A stretch of DNA of 64,000 nucleotides from a bacterium (GTDB lineage Bacteria; UBA10199; 2-02-FULL-50-16; JAJFLM01): positions 1-64,000 of the forward strand of contig CBDCFN010000016.1 in the NCBI GenBank assembly GCA_965216315.1, in the 5' to 3' direction. Positions 41,841 through 51,947 of the stretch are shown here, in pieces (within the stretch, counting starts at the first letter, position 1; the number at the start of each line of letters is the position of its first letter). A model generated the notes under the pieces. The model did no database searches and was not told the origin of the DNA. It saw only the letters and a list, made by a program, of their open reading frames with translations. The translations under genes were made by a program, and so were the position numbers.

Positions 41841-42755
41841 ATGTCTTTGATTCAGGCACAAGAGCTCGTGCATCGCTACGGTGACTATGTGGCCGTGGAT
41901 CATATTGATTTTACTATTAAGCAGGGGGAGTGCTTCGGCTTCTTAGGCCCCAATGGGGCCGGTAAGACGACGACGATGCGCATGCTTTACTGTCTGAGCC
42001 CCGTCCACGGCGGGGCGCTCCGCGTCTTAGATATGGACGTCATGGAACAGCCCCGGGAGATCAAGGCCCGCCTTGGGGTGGTCCCGCAAGAGGACAATCT
42101 GGATCCGGACCTGACAGTCTTGCAAAACTTACTCTTGTACGGACGTTTTTTTGGTTTGCCGCGCAGCCAAGCCATGAAGCGTGCTCAAGAATTATTAGGA
42201 TTTATGGGCTTGGCGGAAAAGAAAGACGCGCGGTTGCGTCAGTTGTCAGGTGGAATGCGGCGGCGTTTGTTGATTGCCCGCTCGCTGATTCATGGACCCG
42301 AAATCCTTATTCTAGACGAGCCGACCACCGGTCTCGATCCCCAAGCACGTTATTTGATTTGGCAACAGCTGACTCGTTTGAAAGACGAAGGTGTCACCTT
42401 GGTGTTGACCACGCATTATATGGAGGAGGCCGCCAAGTTATGCGACCGTTTGGTGATCATGGACCATGCGCGTATTTTAGTGGAAGGCGCACCGGCATCA
42501 CTTGTTCAAGAAACGGTGGGCCACGAAGTGATCGAAGTCCGCTCTTCTAATGGAAAGCTGGAGCCGCTCTCGCATCAAGTTCGGGACGGCGGTGGGGACG
42601 TGGAACACGTTGGGGATCATACTTTTTTCTTTTTTAAAGAGATGGGGCAGGCGGAGCCTTTGCTCGCGCAGCTGGCGGGTGAATTCTATGTGCATCGTCC
42701 CGCGACCTTGGAAGATGTTTTTATGAAATTAACGGGAAGGGAATTAAGGGAATGA
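41841..42755 (+). CDS. ABC-2 exporter ATP-binding subunit (NodI-like)
   Basis: GPNGAGKTT, VVPQEDNLDPD, LSGGM and LDEPTTGLDPQAR. Confidence 0.92.
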   Translation: MSLIQAQELVHRYGDYVAVDHIDFTIKQGECFGFLGPNGAGKTTTMRMLYCLSPVHGGALRVLDMDVMEQPREIKARLGVVPQEDNLDPDLTVLQNLLLYGRFFGLPRSQAMKRAQELLGFMGLAEKKDARLRQLSGGMRRRLLIARSLIHGPEILILDEPTTGLDPQARYLIWQQLTRLKDEGVTLVLTTHYMEEAAKLCDRLVIMDHARILVEGAPASLVQETVGHEVIEVRSSNGKLEPLSHQVRDGGGDVEHVGDHTFFFFKEMGQAEPLLAQLAGEFYVHRPATLEDVFMKLTGRELRE

Positions 42756-43516
42756 CCGCTTTATCCTACAGAGCGCTCTATGTGTGGTCACGCAATTTTA
42801 CGGTGTGGCAGCGCTATTGGTATACGACCTTTGTCGGTAGCCTGGGAGCACCCGCTCTCTACTTCGTCGCGATTGGGTATGGCTTGGGGAGTTTTATTCG
42901 CGAGGTCGAAGGCATGCCTTATGTCGCCTTCCTGGCGCCGGCCCTCGTCGTCACTTCGATTATGCAGGCCGCTAGTTTTGAGACCACGTATTCTTCTTAT
43001 ACGCGGATGGAAGTTCAACGGACTTACATGGCGATTGCAGTGACCCCCGTCAGTCTTCAAGAAGTCATCGCCGGGGAAATCCTATGGGCGGCAACCAAGG
43101 CAATGGTTCCGGGCGTGATCATGTTTGCGGTAACGATTGCCTTGGGTTTCGCTGAGTCGTGGACGGTCGTATGGGTCTTGCCGTTGATGCCTCTGGTCGG
43201 TTTTCTGTTTGCAACGATCGGCATGCTCATGACGAGTTTTGCCCGGGATTACGATTTTTTTACTTACTTCTTTACCCTGTTCATCGAACCCATGTTTCTT
43301 TTTTCCGGGACCTTCTTTCCGCTCAGTGCGATGCCGGTAGTGATCCAAAAGGCCGCCTGGGTCTTGCCGCTGACGCACCCGGTCTATCTCTGCCGAGCCT
43401 TCTATCGCGGAGTGACTCCGGAGGGCCTGTGGCTCCATGTGGGTTGGTTACTCCTTTTATCGACTGTCCTCTTTGTCTGGACGATTCGGCGGATGGTCAA
43501 TCGTTTGGTCGATTGA
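42752..43516 (+). CDS. ABC-2 exporter permease (NodJ-like)
   Basis: Six TM segments; FLAP, GEILWAATK and FSGTFFP. Confidence 0.9.
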   Translation: MTALSYRALYVWSRNFTVWQRYWYTTFVGSLGAPALYFVAIGYGLGSFIREVEGMPYVAFLAPALVVTSIMQAASFETTYSSYTRMEVQRTYMAIAVTPVSLQEVIAGEILWAATKAMVPGVIMFAVTIALGFAESWTVVWVLPLMPLVGFLFATIGMLMTSFARDYDFFTYFFTLFIEPMFLFSGTFFPLSAMPVVIQKAAWVLPLTHPVYLCRAFYRGVTPEGLWLHVGWLLLLSTVLFVWTIRRMVNRLVD

Positions 43517-43564
43517 TGCCTAACTGTCTATTATTGCTATCATTTTGATAAAATAAACACTTCT

Positions 43565-43581
43565 TGTAAAATTAATTAACA
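43565..43581. promoter_or_regulatory. TGT-N11-ACA candidate activator-binding box upstream of the kinase-bEBP gene
   Basis: tgtaaaattaattaaca. Confidence 0.4.
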
Positions 43582-43611
43582 ATTTCTGCCATAATCCCTA
43601 GTGAAATTGCT

Positions 43612-46600
43612 ATGTCTCCGCGCAGTGATAAGAATATAGACATTGCCAGCTGGCAGCGTCATCGCCGGATTGGCGCCGGGGCCTTCGGGGAAGTTTGGTT
43701 GGTTGAGGATCCACTGCGCAAGCAGCCGGTGGCCCTTAAGTTTCTCAAATTGGAGCACAGTACGCCGGAAGAACTTGAGCTCTTTAAGCGCGAATTTGCA
43801 CTGCTTTCGGAATTGCGGCACACGCATCTCGCCCAAGTCTACAACTTTGGTTACTCCGAAAAAGAAGAACAATATTATTTTACCTCGGAGTTCTGTCCGG
43901 GAAGCCCTTTATTGGAGGCCCTTGAGAATCAATCGGTCAGTTATTTTGAACAGGTGCTTGTTCAAATCCTGACGGCGCTTGATTATGTCCACGGCAACGG
44001 GACGATTCATTTCGATATTAAATCGGACAATATTTTGGTGGACGATCGTGAGGGAACGCCTGCCGTTAAGATTCTCGATTTTGGAGTGGCGGCCAAACTC
44101 AAGACACTTCCTCAGGGAATGACGGGGACGCCGGCTTATATGGCGCCGGAGGTCATTACCCAAAGTGATCAGATTGATCATCGGGTCGATCTCTATTCGT
44201 TGGGCATGTTGTGTTTTCGTGCGTTGACGAAATCGCTGCCGTTTAATGCCGCTGTGATGAATGATGCGATGCAGTGGCATTTGCGAGGCAAATTGACGGA
44301 TGAAGATTGGCGCGGACATGAGGTTCCCGATTATTTACGTGAATTGACCGAAAAACTCTTGGCCAAGAATCCGTCAGAGCGATTTTCGAGTGCGCGTGTT
44401 GTCTTGAATTTTATCAATATTGCGACGGGTCAAAAGTATCAGGATGCCGAGGCCGAGCTGGAATGGAAGTTACCCGCGACCGGTCCGCTCGTCGGCAGAG
44501 AGAGCGTGTTGGAGCAATTGGAACATCTCATGGCGGGTGCTACGGCCGATGGCCAATCCATTGCGGAGTCGGCCGTCTGCTTTCTGTCCGGAGAATCGGG
44601 AATCGGCAAGAGTCGCTTAATCGACGAAATGCGGCGTCGCATCGAGCTGCAGGAGATTCCTTTCTTCAGCATTGTTTGCGACTGGCAAATTCCGGAATGG
44701 CCGCAATTGGCTGATTGGCTTCAATTGGAGTCGTTGGCCGGTGACGAACTCAGTGAAGAGTGGCAGACCAAACGGCGCGTCGATGCGATCATCGACGAAG
44801 CCAAGCAGCGGCCGCTTTGTCTCTTGATCGATGACTTCCATAAGGCGGACCGTGACATGCGTTTGTTCGTTGAAAGCCTGGCGCAACGGAGTCGAAAAGA
44901 GCGTGAAGCGGGCCATGCCGTGCCCATCTTTGCCCTCGTTGCTGGTGATACCGAACGCGATGAGGGGATGCAGATTCAGCGTTTAAGCGAGGCTCACATT
45001 ACTCAGTACACCCAACTGGTGCTCGGAGATAGTGACCGCCTTGATGATGTTGCTAAGGTGTTGCAGCAATATTCAGGCGGGCTCCCCTTGTTGATGGTCG
45101 AGGGGCTCCGTTATATGGCGCCACACATCTACCGACAAGAACCCATCGAAAACCTGATGCCGCCCCCGCAGATAGGAGATCTCTATGCTGAGCGCATCCA
45201 ATCACTGAATGAAGCCGAACGGGAGTTTTTGCTGACGATTGCGCTTGTTTTTCGACCGACCAGCCAAGAGGAACTGACAAAAATATTGGGTAAACCGCTT
45301 GCTGAGGTTGCGCAGTTAGCTGTGGCGTGTCAGCGGCAAGGATTGACTAAAGAGACGACGGCGCTTCATGATGCCAAACATTACCAGGCGTCGAGTCAAG
45401 CGCTTGCGCTGGATCTCATCCGTATCATTGATGCAGAGCAGCGGCAACGCATTCATCTCCAGATTGCTCGAGGCCTTGAACAAATTGGTTCGAGTTCAAA
45501 AGAAGAACTGGGCTTTCATATGGCGAAGGGGGGGGAGACGGAAAAAGGACGCCAGTATTACACGGAGGCGGGAGAGGCCTTGAAGCTGGCCGGTCAGATC
45601 GCATCGGCCGCTCAGTATTTTGATAAGGCGATTGAGTTGGCAACGCCTCATTCAAAGGATTGGCAGCAACTCATTGAAAAGACGACGCGGCTACTCGTCC
45701 TCTCAGGGGCGTTCGCCGACGCTTCGGAGCATCTTGAGCGTCTCAAGGATGTTCCGTCGGCCACACGTGAGGAATTAAAGGGGTGGTTGGCCTTCAAGCA
45801 ACGTCAGTTTGCCCCGGCACGTGAAGCTTATCAGAAGGCGCTGCAACTTCTGGCGGGGACGCGTTCGGTGGATCGTATCATTATTGAGAATTCGCTTGGC
45901 AATGTGGATTTGCAGGATGGCCAATTCATAGCTGCTGAGTCGCGTTTTCAGGAGACGCTCAAAGAAGAGGAAAGCCTGCCGCCAAAAGAGCTGAAGCGGG
46001 TGAGTAATAACAATTTGGGCTTGGTGTTGGCCGTGCAGGGCAAGACCGATGAGGCGGTGGTTTTTTATCAGCAGCGGCTGGCGCGTCTGGCTCCGGATCA
46101 GATGACAGATAGGATTTCGTTATTGAATGGCCTGGGTTATGCGTTGATTCAGGCCTCTCGCTATGATGAAGCGATTGAGTATTTGGATCAGGCGCGCGAA
46201 CTTGCCGAAAAGTCGGGAGCCTTGCATGCGCTCTTTTCGATTATGGGAAATCTGATTACCTCACTGCTCAAGGAAGCACGCTATGCTGAGAGCCTTCCCC
46301 TCTTGAAAAAGATTATTGGTCACCAGGAACGGCTCGGCAACAGTCGCGATGTGGCGTTCAACTTGTTACGACAAGGGAGTACCTACCTGACTTTGGGTAT
46401 GGTTGAGGCGGCCGAGGAATGTTTCGAGAAAGGGCGTCGAGTGGCCCAGTCTACAAGTGCTCCTAGCGTTGCGGCCTGGTTTCTCTTGATGAGGGGTTAT
46501 CGGGAGCGTGAATACGGAACTATCAGTAAGGCGAATGAATTTTATCAGCAGACTCTAGCCGAGGCTGAGGCGATACCGGATCAGGCTTTGGCGGACTGGG

Positions 46601-48708
46601 CCTATTATTCACTGGGAGATGTGAGTTATGAGGCCGGGGATCTGAATCAGTGCGCGGAATACGTCGCTAAGATCCATTCTGATTCTCAGGATCAGGAGTT
46701 TGAAGCGAGGCGGCGCTTATTGGCACTCAAACTGGGGGTGGCGCGTGGCGACGAGATGGACATCGACAAAGAGTTCGAACAGTTGGTCCAGACCTGCGAT
46801 CAAGGAAAGTATCGCGAAGTCCTTTGGGAGGTTTATGATGGTTGGGGCCGCATTTATTTAAAGGCTGGTCAGCAGGAACGCGCGTGCCAATTATTCAAAC
46901 AGGCTATGGAGACGCTGGATAGAATTGTCAGCACGATTCCGGAAGAATACCGCGATCGCTACATGAAGCAAAATGCGCGGGCCCGTTTGCAGCGTGACCT
47001 GAAAAAACTTGAAGCGGCACCGGCCTCGATATCGGTATGGAACGCGCCGGTGAAAAAGACCTGGCCCCAAGTCTCTTCAACCTCCGATACGATTGCCCAG
47101 GGACAATCACATTCGCAGCTCAGTGCCTCCGAACTTGAACAGTCGCTCAATTACCTACTTGAGATCAACAAACGCATGGTTTCCGAACGAGACCCGCAAC
47201 GGCTGCTTGAAGAGATTATGGATACGGCTATTGAGATGGCAGGAACCGAAGAAGGTTTGTTGCTCATTCCCAATGCCGCTGATGAACTGGAGACGCGCAT
47301 TGCGCGCAACATTAACAAATCAGATATCGATCGTGTGCATTTTTCCGAGTCGGTTGCCCGTGAGGTTTTTGCAAGTGGTGAAGCAATTTTTTCGATTAAT
47401 GCGATGTCAGATACCAAGCTCAGTAGTTTTGAGAGCGTTGTGAGTCGTGGACTCATGACGGTTATTTGCCTTCCCCTCAAGATTCAAAACAAAGTGATCG
47501 GTGTTATTTACATGGGGACGAAGAAACATCTCATCGTACCAGATCAATTGCTACGTATCTTGCAGGCATTCGCCGACCTTTCGTCACTTGCCTTGCGCAA
47601 TGCGGAGATATTCCAGAATCAGGCCAGGGACAACGAGCGGCTCCAAGCGGATCTTTCGTTGACCCAGCAGGAATTAGAGGAAAAGGCCGAACAGCTTCAG
47701 GAGCTTGAGTCGCTTGCATCCGTTGCCCCGCGCAAGACAGTCTTTCCTTATGAAGAGATTATTGGAAAGTCCTCTCAGATGGAACAGGTTCTCCAGACCT
47801 TGGACAAGATCACGAATGCCAAGGTGCCGGTATTCTTGTTCGGCGAGACGGGGACGGGTAAAGAACTGCTGGCGCGAGCCCTGCACCAGAATAGTATTCG
47901 CGCCCGCCATGCCTTTGTTGCGATCAATTGTTCGGCTTTTACCGAGACCATTTTGGAAAGCGAGCTCTTTGGCTCAGTCAAGGGGGCCTTTACCGGAGCG
48001 GATCGGGACCGCAAGGGGCTGTTTGAACAGGCCCATCAAGGGACGCTCTTTTTAGATGAAGTGGCGGATATGAGCCTGAGCATGCAGGCGAAATTATTAC
48101 GGGTGATCCAAGAGCAGGAATTGATGCGTGTCGGTGGGCGAGAGCCGATCAAGGTCGATGTGCGCATCGTTGCAGCGGCCAATCGCGACCTGAAGAAAAT
48201 GGTCCATGACGGCGAATTTCGCGAGGATCTCTATTTTCGCCTCGCGGGAGTGACGATCAAGTTGCCTCCCTTGCGCGATCGGCGTGATGACATTCCATTG
48301 CTCGCCAAGCATCTCATCGATAAAATTCGCAACACTAATAACATCAAATCAGAATTAAGGCTTTCTAAAGAGGCTTTACGCATTCTTTTGCAGCATGGAT
48401 GGCCCGGTAATATTCGCGAGCTGGAGCAATGTCTCACCAATGCCTGCCTCTTTGCAGAGAGCGAGGTGATTGAGCCGGAACAGATCATTTTGGCAGGGAC
48501 GATGGTGACAGAGGCCAAACCGAGTCTATCGACCCCGGCCTCCCTCATCGAATTCAACCCCGAGCGCAGTCTCGAAGACTATGAGTGTGAGATTATCCGC
48601 CGGACCGTCGAGTTCTACGATGGCAACAAGAGCGAGGCCTCCCGTCGCCTGGGGCTCTCGCGACTGACCCTATATAAAAAATTGAAAGCTCCTTCATCAG
48701 TTCATTAA
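43612..48708 (+). CDS. Ser/Thr kinase - AAA ATPase - TPR - GAF - sigma54 activator - Fis HTH fusion
   Basis: Kinase IGAGAFGEV, VALK, HFDIKSDN, DFG, YMAPE; P-loop GESGIGKS; activator GETGTGKE, GAFTGA, FLDEV, WPGNIRELE; HTH NKSEASRRLGLSRLTLY. Confidence 0.93.
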   Translation: MSPRSDKNIDIASWQRHRRIGAGAFGEVWLVEDPLRKQPVALKFLKLEHSTPEELELFKREFALLSELRHTHLAQVYNFGYSEKEEQYYFTSEFCPGSPLLEALENQSVSYFEQVLVQILTALDYVHGNGTIHFDIKSDNILVDDREGTPAVKILDFGVAAKLKTLPQGMTGTPAYMAPEVITQSDQIDHRVDLYSLGMLCFRALTKSLPFNAAVMNDAMQWHLRGKLTDEDWRGHEVPDYLRELTEKLLAKNPSERFSSARVVLNFINIATGQKYQDAEAELEWKLPATGPLVGRESVLEQLEHLMAGATADGQSIAESAVCFLSGESGIGKSRLIDEMRRRIELQEIPFFSIVCDWQIPEWPQLADWLQLESLAGDELSEEWQTKRRVDAIIDEAKQRPLCLLIDDFHKADRDMRLFVESLAQRSRKEREAGHAVPIFALVAGDTERDEGMQIQRLSEAHITQYTQLVLGDSDRLDDVAKVLQQYSGGLPLLMVEGLRYMAPHIYRQEPIENLMPPPQIGDLYAERIQSLNEAEREFLLTIALVFRPTSQEELTKILGKPLAEVAQLAVACQRQGLTKETTALHDAKHYQASSQALALDLIRIIDAEQRQRIHLQIARGLEQIGSSSKEELGFHMAKGGETEKGRQYYTEAGEALKLAGQIASAAQYFDKAIELATPHSKDWQQLIEKTTRLLVLSGAFADASEHLERLKDVPSATREELKGWLAFKQRQFAPAREAYQKALQLLAGTRSVDRIIIENSLGNVDLQDGQFIAAESRFQETLKEEESLPPKELKRVSNNNLGLVLAVQGKTDEAVVFYQQRLARLAPDQMTDRISLLNGLGYALIQASRYDEAIEYLDQARELAEKSGALHALFSIMGNLITSLLKEARYAESLPLLKKIIGHQERLGNSRDVAFNLLRQGSTYLTLGMVEAAEECFEKGRRVAQSTSAPSVAAWFLLMRGYREREYGTISKANEFYQQTLAEAEAIPDQALADWAYYSLGDVSYEAGDLNQCAEYVAKIHSDSQDQEFEARRRLLALKLGVARGDEMDIDKEFEQLVQTCDQGKYREVLWEVYDGWGRIYLKAGQQERACQLFKQAMETLDRIVSTIPEEYRDRYMKQNARARLQRDLKKLEAAPASISVWNAPVKKTWPQVSSTSDTIAQGQSHSQLSASELEQSLNYLLEINKRMVSERDPQRLLEEIMDTAIEMAGTEEGLLLIPNAADELETRIARNINKSDIDRVHFSESVAREVFASGEAIFSINAMSDTKLSSFESVVSRGLMTVICLPLKIQNKVIGVIYMGTKKHLIVPDQLLRILQAFADLSSLALRNAEIFQNQARDNERLQADLSLTQQELEEKAEQLQELESLASVAPRKTVFPYEEIIGKSSQMEQVLQTLDKITNAKVPVFLFGETGTGKELLARALHQNSIRARHAFVAINCSAFTETILESELFGSVKGAFTGADRDRKGLFEQAHQGTLFLDEVADMSLSMQAKLLRVIQEQELMRVGGREPIKVDVRIVAAANRDLKKMVHDGEFREDLYFRLAGVTIKLPPLRDRRDDIPLLAKHLIDKIRNTNNIKSELRLSKEALRILLQHGWPGNIRELEQCLTNACLFAESEVIEPEQIILAGTMVTEAKPSLSTPASLIEFNPERSLEDYECEIIRRTVEFYDGNKSEASRRLGLSRLTLYKKLKAPSSVH

Positions 48709-48752
48709 TTATCCAATACCTGCTTAATTGCTGAACAACCTGTTAAACAAGC

Positions 48753-48769
48753 TGTCCAGAATCTAAACA
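48753..48769. promoter_or_regulatory. TGT-N11-ACA candidate upstream activator sequence
   Basis: tgtccagaatctaaaca, about 73 bp upstream of the sigma54 -24 element. Confidence 0.5.
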
Positions 48770-48841
48770 GTGTCAACTGGGACCTGCGCTCCCCACACAT
48801 GAGAACTTCCTGTAATTATTGAAGAATTTATTTCACCTGTC

Positions 48842-48857
48842 TGGCACGCAACGTGCA
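48842..48857 (+). promoter_or_regulatory. Sigma54 (-24/-12) promoter
   Basis: TGGCAC-gcaac-GTGCA directly downstream of a GAFTGA-type activator gene. Confidence 0.75.
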
Positions 48858-48893
48858 TTAACATTGGGTGGTTACTCGATAAGGAGATTAGAG

Positions 48894-48992
48894 ATGAGGG
48901 GTTCAATAATCACAAAATTGCTTGTCGGAACGGTAATGGTTGCCAGTCTGATGATCGGCTTCGGCCAATGGAATCTGAAGATTGGTAAGTAA
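48894..48992 (+). CDS. 32-aa hydrophobic small protein MRGSIITKLLVGTVMVASLMIGFGQWNLKIGK
   Basis: AAGGAG RBS at 48881-48886; first ORF after the sigma54 promoter; below the ORF-track length cutoff. Confidence 0.6.
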   Translation: MRGSIITKLLVGTVMVASLMIGFGQWNLKIGK

Positions 48993-49021
48993 GGACGAGC
49001 GGGGAATCAAGGAGAGCTATC

Positions 49022-49225
49022 ATGCACGTTACTCATCAATCACATCATCAAGGAGCGATTTGGTCGTTGATTTACTGGGTCGAAGATCATCTTCATTTTA
49101 AAAAGCATGCATCACGGCATGCGGCATCGCACCATATTCGCAAGGCTCATAACGAGTTTTTGGATGATGTCAGCTTTTTTAAAGATGACGAAGAGTTTGA
49201 TGCATACATGCAGGACTTGGGCTGA
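49022..49225 (+). CDS. 67-aa His-rich small protein with an acidic tail
   Basis: AAGGAG RBS; MHVTHQSHH...HLHFKKHASRHAASHH...DDEEFD. Confidence 0.7.
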   Translation: MHVTHQSHHQGAIWSLIYWVEDHLHFKKHASRHAASHHIRKAHNEFLDDVSFFKDDEEFDAYMQDLG

Positions 49226-49298
49226 CGCTACCCTTGATTGGGCCTAGGGGGCCCAAGTCCTCCTCCCCAGTCATAAAATGACAATGGAAAGGGTGATA

Positions 49299-49397
49299 AT
49301 GTTCCAGTGGTTTAAAGACGTCGCAATTGTCACCGTGATTATAACCGGCTCATTGATATTAAAATTATTGGTCCCCGCATCGAAAGAGGAAGAGTGA
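49299..49397 (+). CDS. 32-aa single-TM small protein MFQWFKDVAIVTVIITGSLILKLLVPASKEEE
   Basis: GAAAGGG upstream; in-frame alternative ATGs at 49278 and 49284. Confidence 0.5.
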   Translation: MFQWFKDVAIVTVIITGSLILKLLVPASKEEE

Positions 49398-49414
49398 TTT
49401 AAAGGAGTGTATCA

Positions 49415-50698
49415 CTAAGGGTTCATGCGGTGGAAGTTCACGCGGCGATTGCGTGCCCGGCCTTCTCGAGTGTCGTTGGAGGCCGCCGGTTCATCTTCGC
49501 CGACCCCGGTCGGCGTCAACGTGACGTTTGCCGGGATGCCGCGTTGATTGAGATAATCCGCGACTTTGCGGGCGCGCTTTTCAGAGAGGCGCTGGTTGTA
49601 GTCAGCCCGACCGCGACTGTCCGTATGCCCCCGGACCTCCAAGGGTCCGACGTGGGGCTTTTTATTTATTTTAGTGGAGAGGTCATCAAGTGTTTCTCTC
49701 GAGTCTTGGTCGAGACGCGAGCGATTGGAATTAAAGTAAACATTGGTTCCTACAATATCGCCGTAGTGTTCACGCGCGCGTTCACGTCTTTTTTGGAATT
49801 GATGCCGAAACGCGAGCCGCAGAAAACCACGGAACTTAGGGGCCTTGACTCCGCAGACGCCACAACTGCCGCCACCCGCGGCGAGACTAAAACCGGACTC
49901 GCCAATGTCCCACCGGACTCCGCCAAGAAACTCTACCGGGCTCTCTTCTTTTTCACTGAAAAAGGCTCGATAGGCTGTGTTGGCTTGTACTTCTGCGGAT
50001 AAAGTGACGTTGTTGACGGGGCGTAGTGAAAGGCCGAGGTTACTTAAAAAGCGGTGGTTCATGTTGACGTTGTTGATAATTACACGTTCTCGAAACTCCG
50101 AACCGACATTCAAGGCCAAGCGGACGTACTCATTGAATTTTACGTCACCAATCACCCGCATCCCACCCAAGATGCGTGATTCACCGAGATAGACTTCGTC
50201 CCCGTTGAAAGGAATGATAATGAAGGGTTCGAGGGCAAGCCCAAAGGTATGGACATCGGCGTTGACGAGGCGGATTTTCGTAGTGAACCGCAAATCCCCC
50301 ACTCGTCGACGGGTACTGAGGGGTGCCGCCGGGGCTACGGTCGGGTCGGAGACACGGGCATAGCTGAAGATGGGAATTGAGACGCCGATCTGCCAGTTAT
50401 CGAAAAAACCAAAGCCGAGTGAAAGTGTATGGGCCAGGTACTTGGCGACAACATCGGGGACAGCGGCACCGGTCGTTGTCGTTCCTTTAATAGGCCGGTG
50501 GGCGTAGGTGTTGTCGAGTTCGATAAAGAACTCGCGTTGTTTCAGTCCTTCGCTCGAAGACATGCTGAAGTAGTTGCGATCTCCGACGGAAGGCCACAAA
50601 TCGTAAGCGGAGAATCGCGTCGATGTCGCATGGCTCAATTGTGGAATGATACAGCTGAAAAGCAGCGCGATGCTGCCCGCTAAGAATCGCTTCGACAC
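49415..50698 (-). CDS. Outer-membrane beta-barrel plus OmpA-like peptidoglycan-binding domain protein
   Basis: Signal peptide; amphipathic beta strands; GHTDSRG, NQRLSEKRA and NRRV. Confidence 0.88.
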   Translation of the reverse strand: MSKRFLAGSIALLFSCIIPQLSHATSTRFSAYDLWPSVGDRNYFSMSSSEGLKQREFFIELDNTYAHRPIKGTTTTGAAVPDVVAKYLAHTLSLGFGFFDNWQIGVSIPIFSYARVSDPTVAPAAPLSTRRRVGDLRFTTKIRLVNADVHTFGLALEPFIIIPFNGDEVYLGESRILGGMRVIGDVKFNEYVRLALNVGSEFRERVIINNVNMNHRFLSNLGLSLRPVNNVTLSAEVQANTAYRAFFSEKEESPVEFLGGVRWDIGESGFSLAAGGGSCGVCGVKAPKFRGFLRLAFRHQFQKRRERAREHYGDIVGTNVYFNSNRSRLDQDSRETLDDLSTKINKKPHVGPLEVRGHTDSRGRADYNQRLSEKRARKVADYLNQRGIPANVTLTPTGVGEDEPAASNDTREGRARNRRVNFHRMNP

Positions 50699-50753
50699 CC
50701 CCGTCCCCCAATCTTGGGGCGCATCTTAGGGAAAAAGGGGGAGGGCGTCAACA

Positions 50754-51875
50754 TTAGAAGGTCGGGTCGGTGGGAAAATCAAAGAAGGTAACGTCATCCG
50801 CCGTCACGAAATCGAGAAACTCGACCCCTTCCGTATCAATGCCGAGATCGATGCAGTTGTTGCGGTTTGGAAGAACACTGCCAGTCGAGATTGCGGCGCA
50901 AATGTTATTGAAAGTTGGCAAGCTGTTTGAAAAATTACGGGTATCCAGGACGGAACCGCTCCAAAAGTTGCTGTCTTCGCGCCATTGCCCGATGTACTTC
51001 AGATCGCCGTTGCCCGGGCTGTTGTTCAGTTCGGGAAAACGTCCTTCCACCGCGACTTTGACGGCCTTGAAGGCCGTGGCCTCCGGTCCGACTTGTTCGA
51101 TAGAGGTGTGAATGTTGTCAAAAAGGGTGCCCTGAGACCCGCTTTCAACGTTGTTGGCAAGCAGGAAGAGTTCACTGCGTTTGGCTTCGAGGTCTTTATG
51201 GTCGTAATGAATGGCGATGGAGGTGTCGCTCGCCTCGTCGACGGCGGCTTTAATGCGGCCGGCGCCGGGAATGCTTTCCGTCGGAAACTGATCGACGATC
51301 ACTCCGGCCTGGAGGCGTATCGTTATCATACCTTGCTGCTGACTATTCCCTGTCGCCCAGATGCGATAACAGATCGGCAAGGCACCCGTGTGACCGGAAC
51401 AACCCTCCTTGGTGCCGTCACCATCAAAGTCAAAGTCAGCGAAATCAAGTTGGAGTTGCGTCGCTTGTTTACCAAAAAAGAGCGTTTCATCGACCTCGCC
51501 GGCAAAGGTGGTTGTCGTATTGCTGACCGGGATTTGCAGTGCGTTTAATCTCGCATTGGTGTCGCCGATGCTGAGATCAATCACGGTTCCCATCGCAGCG
51601 GCCAGGTCCGCGCCACCGCTGATCGCTTCGGAGATATCGTCTCCCGCAACGACTTGGGCGGACAGGCTGCCGCTCGCTGGGGAGCTACTGATCTTATCGA
51701 CGTTGATCGCCAATGATTCGGGGAAGACGAGGAACGACGGAACCTCGGTTGGGGGAGCCGGGGCCGCCGGGACCGATCCGTCACCATCGCCGCCGGGGCC
51801 AGTAGCGCCACAGCTAGCGATGAGGAGGCTGGCAAACAAGGCCAGCGCGCATTTTAACGGACTCCATCGACCCAC
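50754..51875 (-). CDS. Lipoprotein, paralog family member 1
   Basis: Lipobox IASC; PAAPAPP, DFADFDFDG, FWSGS and C-terminal PTF. Confidence 0.85.
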   Translation of the reverse strand: MGRWSPLKCALALFASLLIASCGATGPGGDGDGSVPAAPAPPTEVPSFLVFPESLAINVDKISSSPASGSLSAQVVAGDDISEAISGGADLAAAMGTVIDLSIGDTNARLNALQIPVSNTTTTFAGEVDETLFFGKQATQLQLDFADFDFDGDGTKEGCSGHTGALPICYRIWATGNSQQQGMITIRLQAGVIVDQFPTESIPGAGRIKAAVDEASDTSIAIHYDHKDLEAKRSELFLLANNVESGSQGTLFDNIHTSIEQVGPEATAFKAVKVAVEGRFPELNNSPGNGDLKYIGQWREDSNFWSGSVLDTRNFSNSLPTFNNICAAISTGSVLPNRNNCIDLGIDTEGVEFLDFVTADDVTFFDFPTDPTF

Positions 51876-51947
51876 ATTGATGAATTATACGCTTGGGGCG
51901 TGGGTAAAGGCAGCAATATTTAGAATCTATTGAAATCACTGATTTAA

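Noticed and set aside
41841..43516. Nodulation (Nod factor) system
   Set aside because: NodIJ-like exporters are widespread and no nodABC genes are present.
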